From Acidobacteriota bacterium (GTDB lineage: Bacteria; Acidobacteriota; Blastocatellia; RBC074), in NCBI GenBank assembly GCA_033763255.1, contig JANRKX010000046.1, forward strand, positions 166,471-230,470: a DNA stretch of 64,000 bases. The letters run 5' to 3'. The notes beneath the pieces are model-generated. The model had not been told where the DNA came from, searched no databases, and worked only from the letters and a program-made list of their open reading frames with translations. This document shows, in pieces, positions 1 to 9,210 of the stretch (its first letter is position 1; every line of letters begins with the position of its first letter). A program made the position numbers and the translations under genes.

Positions 1-1692
1 GCGAATGCGGTCGAAGGGAAAGTCTTCGACTTCGACGCGCGGAATACCGAAATTCACGTCGCCCGAATCTTTGACCTGATCGGAAAAGAAGCGCGTGAAA
101 TTGCCGCGCGCTTCGTTTAGCACGCGCGGCGAGATGGTGTAATTCCACGTCACCATCGCCGAACCTGTGAGCGGCGCGAAACGCAAATCACCGCTTTGGC
201 GCGTGCGCCCGCCGGTGTCGCTCAGAAAGTCATTGCGCTTGGTGCGGTAAAAACTGACGGCGAAGTTGTGGCGTTCGTTCAGGTTGTAATCGAATCGCAG
301 GTTGTATTGATCGCCGCGTGTGCGGTTCGGCGCGCGCAACTGAGCGAAAACAATGTCCGGCACGCCGTCAAAGCCTCCGCCGATTTGCGAAGGAACGTAT
401 TGCCCTTGCGCCGTTCCCAACGAACCGATGTCCAATCCGCCACTGACCGCCCGGCAACGCGCCGTAGCTGCTCCGCCAAACACTGAACAATCTGAAGTCA
501 GCAATTGCACGACGCGCGGCGCTCCGGCGGCAGCCAGAATTTTGGCCGTCGTGCTGTTCGGGCGTTGCGTGCGAATCGTTTGTTGAAACTGCTCGGTTTC
601 AATGTAGCTGTTGAAAGTGTTGTTCGTGCGTTCGCGCAGCCCCTCGAACGAGAAAAAGAAAAACAGTTTGTTCTTGCCGCTGAAGTAAGCTTTTCCGCCT
701 TCGCCAAAACGCGGAATGATGACCGGTCCGCCAATGCTGCCGCCGAATTGGCGGAATTTGTTTTCGACTCGAACCGGCGGAGCGTCCACCGTCGGCGAAC
801 CGCCTATGCCGCCCCATTTGTTGAAGGAGTTCAGACCGGGTTCGTTGTATTTGAACAGCGCGCTGCCGTGATATTCGTTGGTTCCGTTTTGCGAAATGAC
901 TTTGACCTGCGCGCCGCTGTTGCGCCCGTCTTCGGCGGAATAGCTGGTTGAAGTGACGCGGATTTCTTTCACCGATTCCTGGTTCGGTGTGACGATGGCC
1001 GCGCCGCCCCAACCCAGACTGTTGACGCTGACGCCGTCAATTGAAAAGTTGTTGGCTGACACGCGCTGGCCGTTGGCGCTGATCGGCACGACATTTTCCA
1101 CCTGAAAGATCGAAGTGTTCGATCCGCCGGGGCCTGTGGTGTTCGGCAAATTGACCGCGCCGCCGCCGCCCGACCGCGCGCCTTGCCCAAAAATTCCCGG
1201 AGCCAATCGCAGCAATTCATAAGGATCGCGTCCGTATTGCGGCAAGCGGCGAATTTCCTGTGTGGTGATGCCGCGATCAATGTTGGCATTTTCAGTTTGC
1301 AGCCGCGGTGAAGATTCACCCGTCACCGTGACGGTTTCGCTGATCTGACCGGCTTCCAAAACCAGTTCGACGCCTTGCGCGGTTTCCGCGCCAATGACGA
1401 CGTTTTCCAATTCGCGCCGTTTGAAACCGTCGCGTTCAGCAGAGACTTTGTAACTGCCGGGTGGCAAACCAGCCACGCGATAAAACCCGGATTCGTTGCT
1501 GGTCGTGGTCAACTCGCGGGCAGTTTCTTTGTTGACGATGGTGATTTTCGCGCCGGACACGACGGCTCCGGTGGCATCTGTGACGGTTCCTTGAATGCTG
1601 GCTTTGAATTGCGCGCTGGCTGTGATTGAAAACACCGCCAAAAGCAGGGCTGCCAGAATTGTGCGCGTGCTGCTGGTAAGTGAGTTACGCAT
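1..1692 (-). CDS. TonB-dependent receptor-like outer membrane protein (CarboxypepD_reg N-domain + plug/barrel), 3' partial (runs off window)
   Basis: Minus-strand ATG at 1692 is preceded by a GGAGG RBS. The translation begins MRNSLTSSTRTILAALLLAVFSITASA (signal peptide) followed by QFKASIQGTVTDATGAVVSGAKITIVNKETARE, a carboxypeptidase-regulatory-like fold typical of Acidobacteria TonB receptors. The frame is open to position 1. Confidence 0.7.
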   Translation of the reverse strand, partial: MRNSLTSSTRTILAALLLAVFSITASAQFKASIQGTVTDATGAVVSGAKITIVNKETARELTTTSNESGFYRVAGLPPGSYKVSAERDGFKRRELENVVIGAETAQGVELVLEAGQISETVTVTGESSPRLQTENANIDRGITTQEIRRLPQYGRDPYELLRLAPGIFGQGARSGGGGAVNLPNTTGPGGSNTSIFQVENVVPISANGQRVSANNFSIDGVSVNSLGWGGAAIVTPNQESVKEIRVTSTSYSAEDGRNSGAQVKVISQNGTNEYHGSALFKYNEPGLNSFNKWGGIGGSPTVDAPPVRVENKFRQFGGSIGGPVIIPRFGEGGKAYFSGKNKLFFFFSFEGLRERTNNTFNSYIETEQFQQTIRTQRPNSTTAKILAAAGAPRVVQLLTSDCSVFGGAATARCRAVSGGLDIGSLGTAQGQYVPSQIGGGFDGVPDIVFAQLRAPNRTRGDQYNLRFDYNLNERHNFAVSFYRTKRNDFLSDTGGRTRQSGDLRFAPLTGSAMVTWNYTISPRVLNEARGNFTRFFSDQVKDSGDVNFGIPRVEVEDFPFDRIR

Positions 1693-1945
1693 ACCGTTCC
1701 TCCGTTCGATAAAGCTGGTGATTGATTTGGGAGAGTGAAGAGAGTTTGCAGCCGCGGTCTTGTTTCGGCCAATAAGCCTGCGTTGGCAGTCTCCCCCAGA
1801 CACTGTTCACAAGCTTTGGCCGGTCGAAATCATCCCAGCAGAATCGGTCGCCGCGTTTTGGTGAATCATAACTAAAACGATTTAGTAAGGCGTCGGCGTT
1901 ATATCACTCAACTTTGCGGAGCGTCAAGATTGCCGGAAACTTTGC

Positions 1946-3049
1946 TTGCGCCGTGTGGTTGGCTGTGCAAAACTCCGGTTCGCCATGCCTCGCAAGAAAA
2001 AAAACGACACTGCAAACGGCGAGAATTCCGCAACGAACGGGCGGCCAGTCAGTCTGAAAGAGCTGGCGGCGCATCTGGGCTTGTCCACTTCGACGTTGTC
2101 ATTGGTGCTGAACGGTTCCGCCGTCGCTGATTCGATTCCGCAGGAAACCAAAGACCGCATTTTCAAGGCGGCGCGAGAATTCAACTACAGCCCGAATTAC
2201 ATCGCGCGTTCGTTGCGCGCGCAGCGGACGTTCACGCTGGGAGTGCTGGTTCCTGAATTGAGCGACGGGTATTCGGCGGGCGTGTTGGGCGGAGTCGAAG
2301 ATCATTTGTTGCAGGAAGGATTTTTCTACTTCGTCGCCAGCCATCGCCATCGGGTTGAGCTGATCGAAAAGTATCCAAAGATTTTTCTCGACCGCTGTGT
2401 CGAAGGTTTGATCGCTGTGGATACGCCACAACGTCGTCCGTCGCCTTTGCCTGTGGTTTCGGTTTCCGGCCACGACGACACGCCGGGCGTGACGAACATC
2501 GTGCTGAATCACGAACGCGCCGCCGAACTGGCGCTGGGGCATTTGATCGAGCTTGGCCATCGGCGGATCGCCGTCATCAAGGGCCAGGAGTTTAGTTCGG
2601 ACACGGAAATCCGCTGGCGTTCGATTCACGATGCGGCGATCAAGTTCAACGTGCCGATTCATCCGTCATTGCTGGCGCAACTGGAAAGCGATTCGCCTTC
2701 GCCGGAAACCGGCTATCTGGCAACGCGCAAACTGATTGGCAGCGGCGAGAGCTTCACGGCGCTGTTCGCCTTCAACGACATTTCGGCCATCGGCGCGATT
2801 CGCGCGCTGGGCGAAGCGGGCTTGAACGTGCCGGAAGATGTTTCAGTGATCGGCTTTGACGACATTCACGCCGCAGCCTTTCACAACCCCGCGCTGACCA
2901 CCATCCGCCAGCCGCTGTATCAGATGGGCAAACTCGCCGCCGAACATTTGCTGAAACGCATCGCCAACGGTTCGACGGAACCGTTCCCGGAACTGGTGAC
3001 GGTCGAACCGGAATTGATCATTCGCCAATCCACTGCACCTGCCAAATGA
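1946..3049 (+). CDS. LacI family transcriptional regulator
   Basis: N-terminal HTH (VSLKELAAHLGLSTSTLSLVLNG) followed by a periplasmic-binding-fold sugar-binding domain. The real start may be the ATG at 1985 (MPRKKK). Confidence 0.85.
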   Translation: MRRVVGCAKLRFAMPRKKKNDTANGENSATNGRPVSLKELAAHLGLSTSTLSLVLNGSAVADSIPQETKDRIFKAAREFNYSPNYIARSLRAQRTFTLGVLVPELSDGYSAGVLGGVEDHLLQEGFFYFVASHRHRVELIEKYPKIFLDRCVEGLIAVDTPQRRPSPLPVVSVSGHDDTPGVTNIVLNHERAAELALGHLIELGHRRIAVIKGQEFSSDTEIRWRSIHDAAIKFNVPIHPSLLAQLESDSPSPETGYLATRKLIGSGESFTALFAFNDISAIGAIRALGEAGLNVPEDVSVIGFDDIHAAAFHNPALTTIRQPLYQMGKLAAEHLLKRIANGSTEPFPELVTVEPELIIRQSTAPAK

Positions 3050-3064
3050 ACGCCGAAATCTTTC

Positions 3065-3136
3065 GACAGGATTTCCAGGATTCAACAAGATGAAGCTTTG
3101 ATTCAGTCAATCCTGTTCATCTTGTGAATCTTGTCC
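3065..3136. repeat. Short intergenic inverted/direct repeat element (gacaggat / caggattcaacaagatgaa family), copy A
   Basis: The motifs gacaggat, caggat, acaagatgaa and aatcctgttcatcttgt recur here and at 4858-4967 and 7307-7365. This copy lies between convergent genes. Confidence 0.4.
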
Positions 3137-3148
3137 ATTCCGACTGCC

Positions 3149-3493
3149 TTACTTCCTCAACTCGGCAATGGTCGCGCCCAAATTTCCCGGAACGTCATAA
3201 AAGCTGACGACGAATTCCGTCCGGCTCAAGATCGCGCGAACAGCTTCGCGCTGCACGCCTATGCCTTTGCCGTGAATGATGCGCACGACGGCGAAGCCGC
3301 GCGCGTGGGCTTGCAGCAGGTATTCTTCGACAATTTCTTTGACTTGTTTGGGCGGGATGGCGTGCAGGTCAATCGTGTCCGTGATTTCCAGGACGACCGG
3401 TTCGTCGAACGGGTCGTCATGTGAATCAAGCAGCGGTTCGGTTTCAATTTGTTTTTCCGGCCACAGGCTGCGCCAGAGTTCAGTTAGTTTCAT
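3149..3493 (-). CDS. Smr domain-containing protein
   Basis: 114 aa with an IHGKGIGV..LR Smr-like motif. Confidence 0.55.
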   Translation of the reverse strand: MKLTELWRSLWPEKQIETEPLLDSHDDPFDEPVVLEITDTIDLHAIPPKQVKEIVEEYLLQAHARGFAVVRIIHGKGIGVQREAVRAILSRTEFVVSFYDVPGNLGATIAELRK

Positions 3494-4816
3494 TTACATT
3501 GGTTCAAAGACTGCGCCCAGAAACAGAATCGCGCCGGTTTGCTGGTCGCGAATGGCCAGCAGGAAAGGGCGGTCGGCGACGAAGTTGAAGCGTTCCGGTT
3601 CGCGGCGAACCGACGTGATGCCGATTGCCACCGAAGTCGTGGCGGCGGCTTCGGTGCCTTCTTCGTTCAGCTCGATGACGGCTTTGTGTTTGACCTGCGA
3701 GATGTACAAATCTTTTTGTTCGCGGATGCCGCTGAAATCGGCTCTGCCTCGGTCGAACGCGACTTCCATTCCCAGTGCTTTCAGCGGCTGATTCAACTCG
3801 CGCGCGTAATCCATCTTGAAGCGCGGCAGTTTCACATCTCCCGGCGCAGTGCGAAAACTGCTCGCCCATTGTTGCCATTTCGAAAAGTTCAATTCGCCAA
3901 GCAGGCTGTTCAATGACACGCCTTCGTTTGGCAAAAACAGATAAATGCTTGTTCCGCCTTGTCCGTACGGCAAGCTGACGGCCTGGAAGTTTTCGCCTTT
4001 GAGGTGTTGGTAACTGCCCGATTGCCACATCATCGGAACCTGTTTGACGCCTCCGTTCGCCAGATGGAAGGGCGCGTCCTGCGTGCGAGCTTTGTCGAAT
4101 TTGTTTTGCCACTGGCCTTTGAAATACACGGCGTTGAGCAAAAACATGACTATGTTGCCGTCAATCTGTTCGATGACGGTGGGAATTTTGCCTTTGGTGT
4201 TTTGATTGACCCAGCCATTGATGGTTTTGACGGCTTGGGGCGAAGCGAAATCCAGCGCCGCGACTTCCGCGCCGAAAAACTGGCGGTTGCGATCCAGAAA
4301 CGCCGGATTGAAGCTGACGCCTTGTTTCGCCCACAGCGAATTGGCAATCAGCAATTCGACTTTCGGGTCGTTATTCCCGGAGGGGCTTTTCAGCTTGGCC
4401 AGCAACGCCTGGCTCGATTGGTTGATGTCGGCGTGATTCATCGAGCCGTATTTCAGCGCGCGCTTCATCGCCAGATGCGTGTCGCCAGCGGCTCCGTTGT
4501 AAGTCATCGCCAAGGCCGTCGCCACGCTGAGCGGCGAGCAAAACACGTTCTTGTCTTTGTCCTGTGTACGAAGTTGGTTGAATAGGTCGAAGCCAAATTC
4601 ATTGTTGGCCGCGACCAGCGTTTCAATGGATGCTGACATTGGGCTTTCTCCGGCGGGATTGGGTTCTGCTTTTGGCGGTTCGGCTGGCGTTGGCGTTTCA
4701 GCCTGAACCGGCGGTTTGAATTCGTTTGACGAGCTGGCAGCCGCGCAACCGGCGATGAAAAACATCGCCGACGCGCAAACAACAGCCGCCCACACGAAGG
4801 TTGTTTTTGTTTGCAT
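3494..4816 (-). CDS. Serpin (serine protease inhibitor) lipoprotein
   Basis: Lipobox FFIAGC. Serpin core motifs are present (NAVYFKGQWQNKF, reactive-centre-loop region, C-terminal FRADRPFLLAIRD..TGAILFLG). Confidence 0.85.
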   Translation of the reverse strand: MQTKTTFVWAAVVCASAMFFIAGCAAASSSNEFKPPVQAETPTPAEPPKAEPNPAGESPMSASIETLVAANNEFGFDLFNQLRTQDKDKNVFCSPLSVATALAMTYNGAAGDTHLAMKRALKYGSMNHADINQSSQALLAKLKSPSGNNDPKVELLIANSLWAKQGVSFNPAFLDRNRQFFGAEVAALDFASPQAVKTINGWVNQNTKGKIPTVIEQIDGNIVMFLLNAVYFKGQWQNKFDKARTQDAPFHLANGGVKQVPMMWQSGSYQHLKGENFQAVSLPYGQGGTSIYLFLPNEGVSLNSLLGELNFSKWQQWASSFRTAPGDVKLPRFKMDYARELNQPLKALGMEVAFDRGRADFSGIREQKDLYISQVKHKAVIELNEEGTEAAATTSVAIGITSVRREPERFNFVADRPFLLAIRDQQTGAILFLGAVFEPM

Positions 4817-4857
4817 GTTTCCTCCTTTTCGCTGCTAAATCGAAGCAAGAAACTTTG

Positions 4858-4967
4858 AGACAGGATGGACATGATTTTTTTCAGGATGAACAGGATTCAA
4901 ACCAAGTTGGAACTTGATTGCTATTGATGATTCTGTAAATCCTGCCGAAAATCTTGTTCATCCTGTC
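4858..4967. repeat. Short intergenic repeat element (gacaggatg..caggatgaacaggatt ... aatcctg..atcttgttcatcctgtc), copy B
   Basis: A 15/17-nt imperfect inverted repeat, gacaggatggacatgat / atcttgttcatcctgtc, with internal caggat/atcctg sub-repeats. It sits in an AT-rich divergent promoter region. Confidence 0.4.
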
Positions 4968-5093
4968 TAAAGGGAATGTCACAATGTTGCTTGCTCTGAT
5001 TTAGTTGTTGGTTGAACGGGAAAGAGCATATCGCCAGATGATTGACTTCAGCAATTCGGTTTCTTACCCTCGCCCGCGCTTCACCTTCATCCT

Positions 5094-6851
5094 ATGCAAA
5101 CCATCGTCATCAAATCCGCAGTGCTGACTGTTGTTGCTGCCCTTGCCGTGGCGGCGCTGGTGTTCGCTTCTCAGCCGACTTATCAAGGCGTCAGGGCAGG
5201 GAAGGCCGATGCCGATTATCTGGATTCGCAAAAGTGTCTGGCCTGCCACACCGATCATTTCGCTTCGTGGCGGCAAACGCATCACAGCCGCATGACTCAG
5301 GACGCTCGGCCTGAAACCGTGCAGGGTGATTTCACGCGCGACAATTCGTTCGAGTATCTAGGCGTCAAAGCGAAGATGGAACGACGCGGCGACAAATTCA
5401 CGATGACGCTGAATTTCGCTAATGGTCGTAGGCAATCGTATGCGATTGATCGAACGGTAGGTTCGCGCCGCATCGAACAATACGTCAGCCGACAAGGCGA
5501 TCAATTCGTTCGGTTGCCGCTGGCGTATGACCTGACGAACCGCCGCTGGATGAGTTTGAACGGATCGTTTTTTTATCCCGACGGCGACAATTACTTTCAG
5601 CACCAGGCCACGTGGGATCAGAACTGCGTGTTCTGCCACAACGTCAAAGCTCAGCCGCAAATGGATACGAAAGTGCGTGGCAAGTTTGCGACCGAAGTCG
5701 CCGAACTCGGCATCGCGTGCGGAGCTTGTCACGGAATGTCGGCCAGGCATGCTGAAGAAGCTTCTTCGCCGTTGACGCGCGAATTGTGGCGAAGAACCGA
5801 CGCCGAAACGCACATCGTCAATCCGAAAAAACTGGCGGCTGAACGTTCGATGATGGTGTGCGGCCATTGCCACGGCCAACGAGTGCCGCAGCCTATGGAG
5901 CGCATTCAGGAGATTTTGACCAAAGGCGACCCGTTCAACGCGGGCGACGATCTGGCGAAGTTTTATCGTCCGGTATCGCGCGAAACAAAAATTGGCGAAT
6001 TCGCCTTTGCCAGCCGGTTTTGGCAAAACGGTTCGCCTCGGCTGACGGCTTACGAATATCAAGGCATTTTGCGCTCGGCGTGTTTTCAGAAAGCGGATCA
6101 TTCAAACCGCATCAACTGTCTGAGTTGCCATTCCATGCACGAAGGCGACATCAAAGGGCAGATCAAACCCGAAAATCGCACCGACAAGGCTTGTTTGGCT
6201 TGCCACCAACAGTTCGCGCAACCGGCTCAATTGGCGGCGCACACTGGGCACAAAGCCGAATCCATCGGCAGTCGTTGTTACGATTGCCACATGCCGCGCG
6301 TGGTGTATGGCGTGATGGCTTTTCATCGTTCGCACGACATAACGGTTCCCGATGCCAGCTTGACGGCTTCACAGCTTGTGCCGAACGCCTGCAACCAATG
6401 CCACCTGGACAAATCGGTCAACTGGGCGATTGCCGAAAGCAAACGCTTGTGGCCGCGACGGTTCGGCAACGCACAACCGAGCAGCGACGATGTTTTCAAT
6501 CAGCCGGAAGGCGTTCGCGCGCTGTTTGCCGGAGACGCGCTGACGCGAGCGATGGCTGCGGAAGCTCTGGGCGGGGGCGGGGCGATGAAGCCCGATGCGA
6601 ACTGGGCGACTCCGTTTTTGCTCGAAGCACTCAACGACAACTATCCGATTGTGCGGTTCTTTGCCGCGAATGGGTTGATGGCGACTGGCCAGCGATTACC
6701 CAAGCCGGATTATCTGGCGCCGGAAACCGTCCGGTTGTCGGCGGTCGAACAATGGTGGGCGCGTTATCCGCAAGCCCGGCAGCAGGTGTTTTCGCTGGCG
6801 ACCGGGTTACGCGCGCGACGAATCAACGTAGATGTCGAAGTCGGAGAATAG
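5094..6851 (+). CDS. Multiheme (8x CxxCH) cytochrome c with C-terminal HEAT-like repeats
   Basis: Signal/anchor peptide, then CxxCH motifs CLACH, CVFCH, CGACH, CGHCH, CLSCH, CLACH, CYDCH, CNQCH. The C-terminus carries HEAT/PBS-lyase-like repeats (LLEALNDNYPIVRFFAANGL). Confidence 0.8.
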   Translation: MQTIVIKSAVLTVVAALAVAALVFASQPTYQGVRAGKADADYLDSQKCLACHTDHFASWRQTHHSRMTQDARPETVQGDFTRDNSFEYLGVKAKMERRGDKFTMTLNFANGRRQSYAIDRTVGSRRIEQYVSRQGDQFVRLPLAYDLTNRRWMSLNGSFFYPDGDNYFQHQATWDQNCVFCHNVKAQPQMDTKVRGKFATEVAELGIACGACHGMSARHAEEASSPLTRELWRRTDAETHIVNPKKLAAERSMMVCGHCHGQRVPQPMERIQEILTKGDPFNAGDDLAKFYRPVSRETKIGEFAFASRFWQNGSPRLTAYEYQGILRSACFQKADHSNRINCLSCHSMHEGDIKGQIKPENRTDKACLACHQQFAQPAQLAAHTGHKAESIGSRCYDCHMPRVVYGVMAFHRSHDITVPDASLTASQLVPNACNQCHLDKSVNWAIAESKRLWPRRFGNAQPSSDDVFNQPEGVRALFAGDALTRAMAAEALGGGGAMKPDANWATPFLLEALNDNYPIVRFFAANGLMATGQRLPKPDYLAPETVRLSAVEQWWARYPQARQQVFSLATGLRARRINVDVEVGE

Positions 6852-6887
6852 CTGGGAGCGCAGGCGTCGTCGCTTGCGATTGGAAAT

Positions 6888-7316
6888 ATGACGAACTCCG
6901 AAAGAACAAACGAGACTCAAACTTCAATGCTGCGGCAAGGCTGGATCAGTGTCGCCGTCTGGATGGCGGTCGGACTATTGCTCGAAGGTTTGCTTGGATA
7001 CAAAGCGCCGAGTTACCTCAACGATCCGCAAAGGCGAGAGCTTTTCAGGCTGGCGCATTCGCACGGGACATTGCTGGGCGTGGTGTTGATTGTTGCGGCG
7101 TTGACGGCTCAGCGATTCGGTGCTCCGCCACGAATGGCGCAACTCGCGTTGCGAATCGGCGCGGTGTTGATGCCTGTTGGTTTTTTGCTGGCGGGCATCT
7201 GGCATCCCGAAGGCGATCCGGGCTTGGCAATCTGGCTGGTTCCCCCCGGCGCGTTGTTGGTGATTTTCGGCGCTGTGGCAATGGCTTTCAGCCTGAAAAC
7301 AAATAGACAGGATTGA
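6888..7316 (+). CDS. Hypothetical integral membrane protein (4 TM)
   Basis: Hydrophobic segments only; no recognised family. Confidence 0.45.
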   Translation: MTNSERTNETQTSMLRQGWISVAVWMAVGLLLEGLLGYKAPSYLNDPQRRELFRLAHSHGTLLGVVLIVAALTAQRFGAPPRMAQLALRIGAVLMPVGFLLAGIWHPEGDPGLAIWLVPPGALLVIFGAVAMAFSLKTNRQD

Positions 7317-7365
7317 CAAGATTTTTCAGGATGTTTGGGGAATCCTGGTTAACCCTGCAAATCCT
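7307..7365. repeat. Short intergenic repeat element (gacaggattgacaagat..caggatg..aatcctg..aatcctgtc), copy C
   Basis: An 8-bp outer inverted repeat gacaggat/atcctgtc with inner caggat/atcctg. It overlaps a stop codon and lies between convergent genes. Confidence 0.4.
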
Positions 7366-7391
7366 GTCTGCGGTTTTTTGCTGGTCGTTGG

Positions 7392-8051
7392 CTATCCGGC
7401 GGCGATGGCTTCTTCCAGCGCGGCTTTCATTTGCGGCGGGCTGATGATCGGGCTGAAGCCGACAAAATGTTTTTTCACTTTGCCGTCGCGCCCGATGATG
7501 ATTGTTTGCGGAATGCCGTTGCGCCCGTTCATCAACCCAACCTGCATCGAAGGATCAGCCCAGCCAAGCGGGTAATTGATTTTGAATTCTTTGGAAAAGT
7601 CTTTGACCTTTTGCGAATCAGTTGCAGGGTTTTCGTTGGTCAACCCAATGACTTCGACGCCTTTGCTTTTGTAAGTTTTGGCCATTTCGATCAGGTGAGG
7701 AATTTCCTGACGGCAAGGGCCGCACCAAGTCGCCCACAAATCCACAATCACGACTTTGCCGGAAAAATCAGCCAGCTTCCTGGTCTGGCCGTCTAGCGTC
7801 TTGAAATTGGCTTGCAGCACTGCCGGAGCCATTTCGGCAGGCTGTTGCGGAGGCGCTTGTTGCTGCGCGGTTTGGCCGGTTCTGGTTAGAACACTGGTAG
7901 GTTGATTGGTGGTCGCATTCGGCTTTTCGGCTTCTTTGTTTTTGAGCATCACCGAGCCGATGGCGGCAACCAGCAACACTGCCGAACCGATCAGGCCAAT
8001 GGTCATTGGCGACAAGAAGGATTTTTGCGAAGGTTGATTGTTTGAACTCAT
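7392..8051 (-). CDS. TlpA/ResA-family thiol:disulfide oxidoreductase (membrane-anchored thioredoxin)
   Basis: N-terminal TM, Pro/Gln-rich linker, thioredoxin motif WATWCGPCRQEIP. Confidence 0.8.
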   Translation of the reverse strand: MSSNNQPSQKSFLSPMTIGLIGSAVLLVAAIGSVMLKNKEAEKPNATTNQPTSVLTRTGQTAQQQAPPQQPAEMAPAVLQANFKTLDGQTRKLADFSGKVVIVDLWATWCGPCRQEIPHLIEMAKTYKSKGVEVIGLTNENPATDSQKVKDFSKEFKINYPLGWADPSMQVGLMNGRNGIPQTIIIGRDGKVKKHFVGFSPIISPPQMKAALEEAIAAG

Positions 8052-8182
8052 AACGTCTGTGATTTGGTGTTGAGTGAATTTTTTTTCGGCGATGCTTGCC
8101 GAATCCGTGAAGTTTGAACGACTCTTTCAGGACGGGCGGTAGCATAGCCGTTGCCGAAATCGTCGGCAAGTTAGGGAAGAGC

Positions 8183-8824
8183 TTATCGTTTGCCGTCCAG
8201 AATATCGCGCATTTCTTTGGCAACGGTCAGCGGCGAACCGGCTTCGGCAATGGCTGCGCCGACTATTACACCAGCCAGTGGCAAGCTGCGAAGCGTTTTC
8301 AAATCGGTGACATCAATTCCTCCGGCCAGATACACCGGCAAATCCACCTGCCCGATCAATTCGACAAGGGCGGTGTGACGTTCTTCGCGGCTCAATCCCT
8401 TGACTCGCTTGAAACCGCGCCGGTTGATACACAACGAATCCACGCCCAGCCCACGCAATTCTCGTGACCGTTCGACAATGTTCGAGACGCCCAAACTGTC
8501 GGCCATTATTTGACCATCGTAACGCCTGGCCGATTTCACGACTCGTTCGATGACTTCGTCCGAAGCGCAGCCCAAAACAGTGACAACCGTCGCTCCGGCG
8601 GCAAAGGCGAGTTCGGCAATCGGTTCTCCGGCGTCAACGACTTTGATGTCGGCAACGATTGGCCGCCCGCGATGTCGTCGGCGCAGTTCTCTCACAGCGC
8701 GGATGCCTTCGCGGATGAGCAAAGGCGTTCCGGCTTCAATCAAATCAACTTGCGTCGCCACTTTTCCGGCCAACTCCAGTTCCTGCATCAAGTCCGGCGC
8801 GTCCAATGCCAGTTGCAGCTTCAT
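8183..8824 (-). CDS. 3-hexulose-6-phosphate synthase / KGPDC family (OMP-decarboxylase-like TIM barrel)
   Basis: MKLQLALD..LIEAGTPL..VADIKV.DAGE..VTVLG: a clear HPS/HxlA-like pattern. Confidence 0.7.
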   Translation of the reverse strand: MKLQLALDAPDLMQELELAGKVATQVDLIEAGTPLLIREGIRAVRELRRRHRGRPIVADIKVVDAGEPIAELAFAAGATVVTVLGCASDEVIERVVKSARRYDGQIMADSLGVSNIVERSRELRGLGVDSLCINRRGFKRVKGLSREERHTALVELIGQVDLPVYLAGGIDVTDLKTLRSLPLAGVIVGAAIAEAGSPLTVAKEMRDILDGKR

Positions 8825-8879
8825 GCTTCTCCAATTGGGGTTCTTTTCACGGTTCCAGCGTCAATTAAGGGGTTTTTCG

Positions 8880-9090
8880 CTTTTCCACAATATCTGTGGA
8901 AATCTCTGTGGAAAGTCGCCATTTCAATGGTTTAAGTCTATCTAAATTCGTCACTTATAGCAGATTGCACACGGTTTCGACATCAATGCTAAATCCAATT
9001 ATTTCAGCAGATAACCTTTGTGTCGGAGTTTTTCGCCAACGAAACGCCGACTTGGTAAAACCACCTGTATCCATTTTCCACAGCCAATTT
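8880..9090. promoter_or_regulatory. AT-rich intergenic region with DnaA-box-like motifs (TTTTCCACA x2, TGTGGAAA x2 around a ttccacaatatctgtggaa palindrome)
   Basis: TTWTNCACA-type 9-mers occur at ~8882 and ~9073, with inverted copies at ~8897 and ~8909. The ~380-bp AT-rich spacer lies between the HPS-like gene and ftsK. Confidence 0.25.
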
Positions 9091-9210
9091 GAAAACCCAC
9101 TGTTTTCGCGGTGATTTTCGCGTAGTTAAAGTAGTTCTTGAAGCCGGTTTCTTTTCTTGCGTTGCAATGGCGAAACGGCGATGAAACGCGGCTGGAATGG
9201 ATCAGCCAGA

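Noticed and set aside
8896-9114. 72-aa ORF in the AT-rich spacer upstream of ftsK.
   Set aside because: No RBS, low-complexity translation, and it lies in a likely regulatory region. Probably non-coding.
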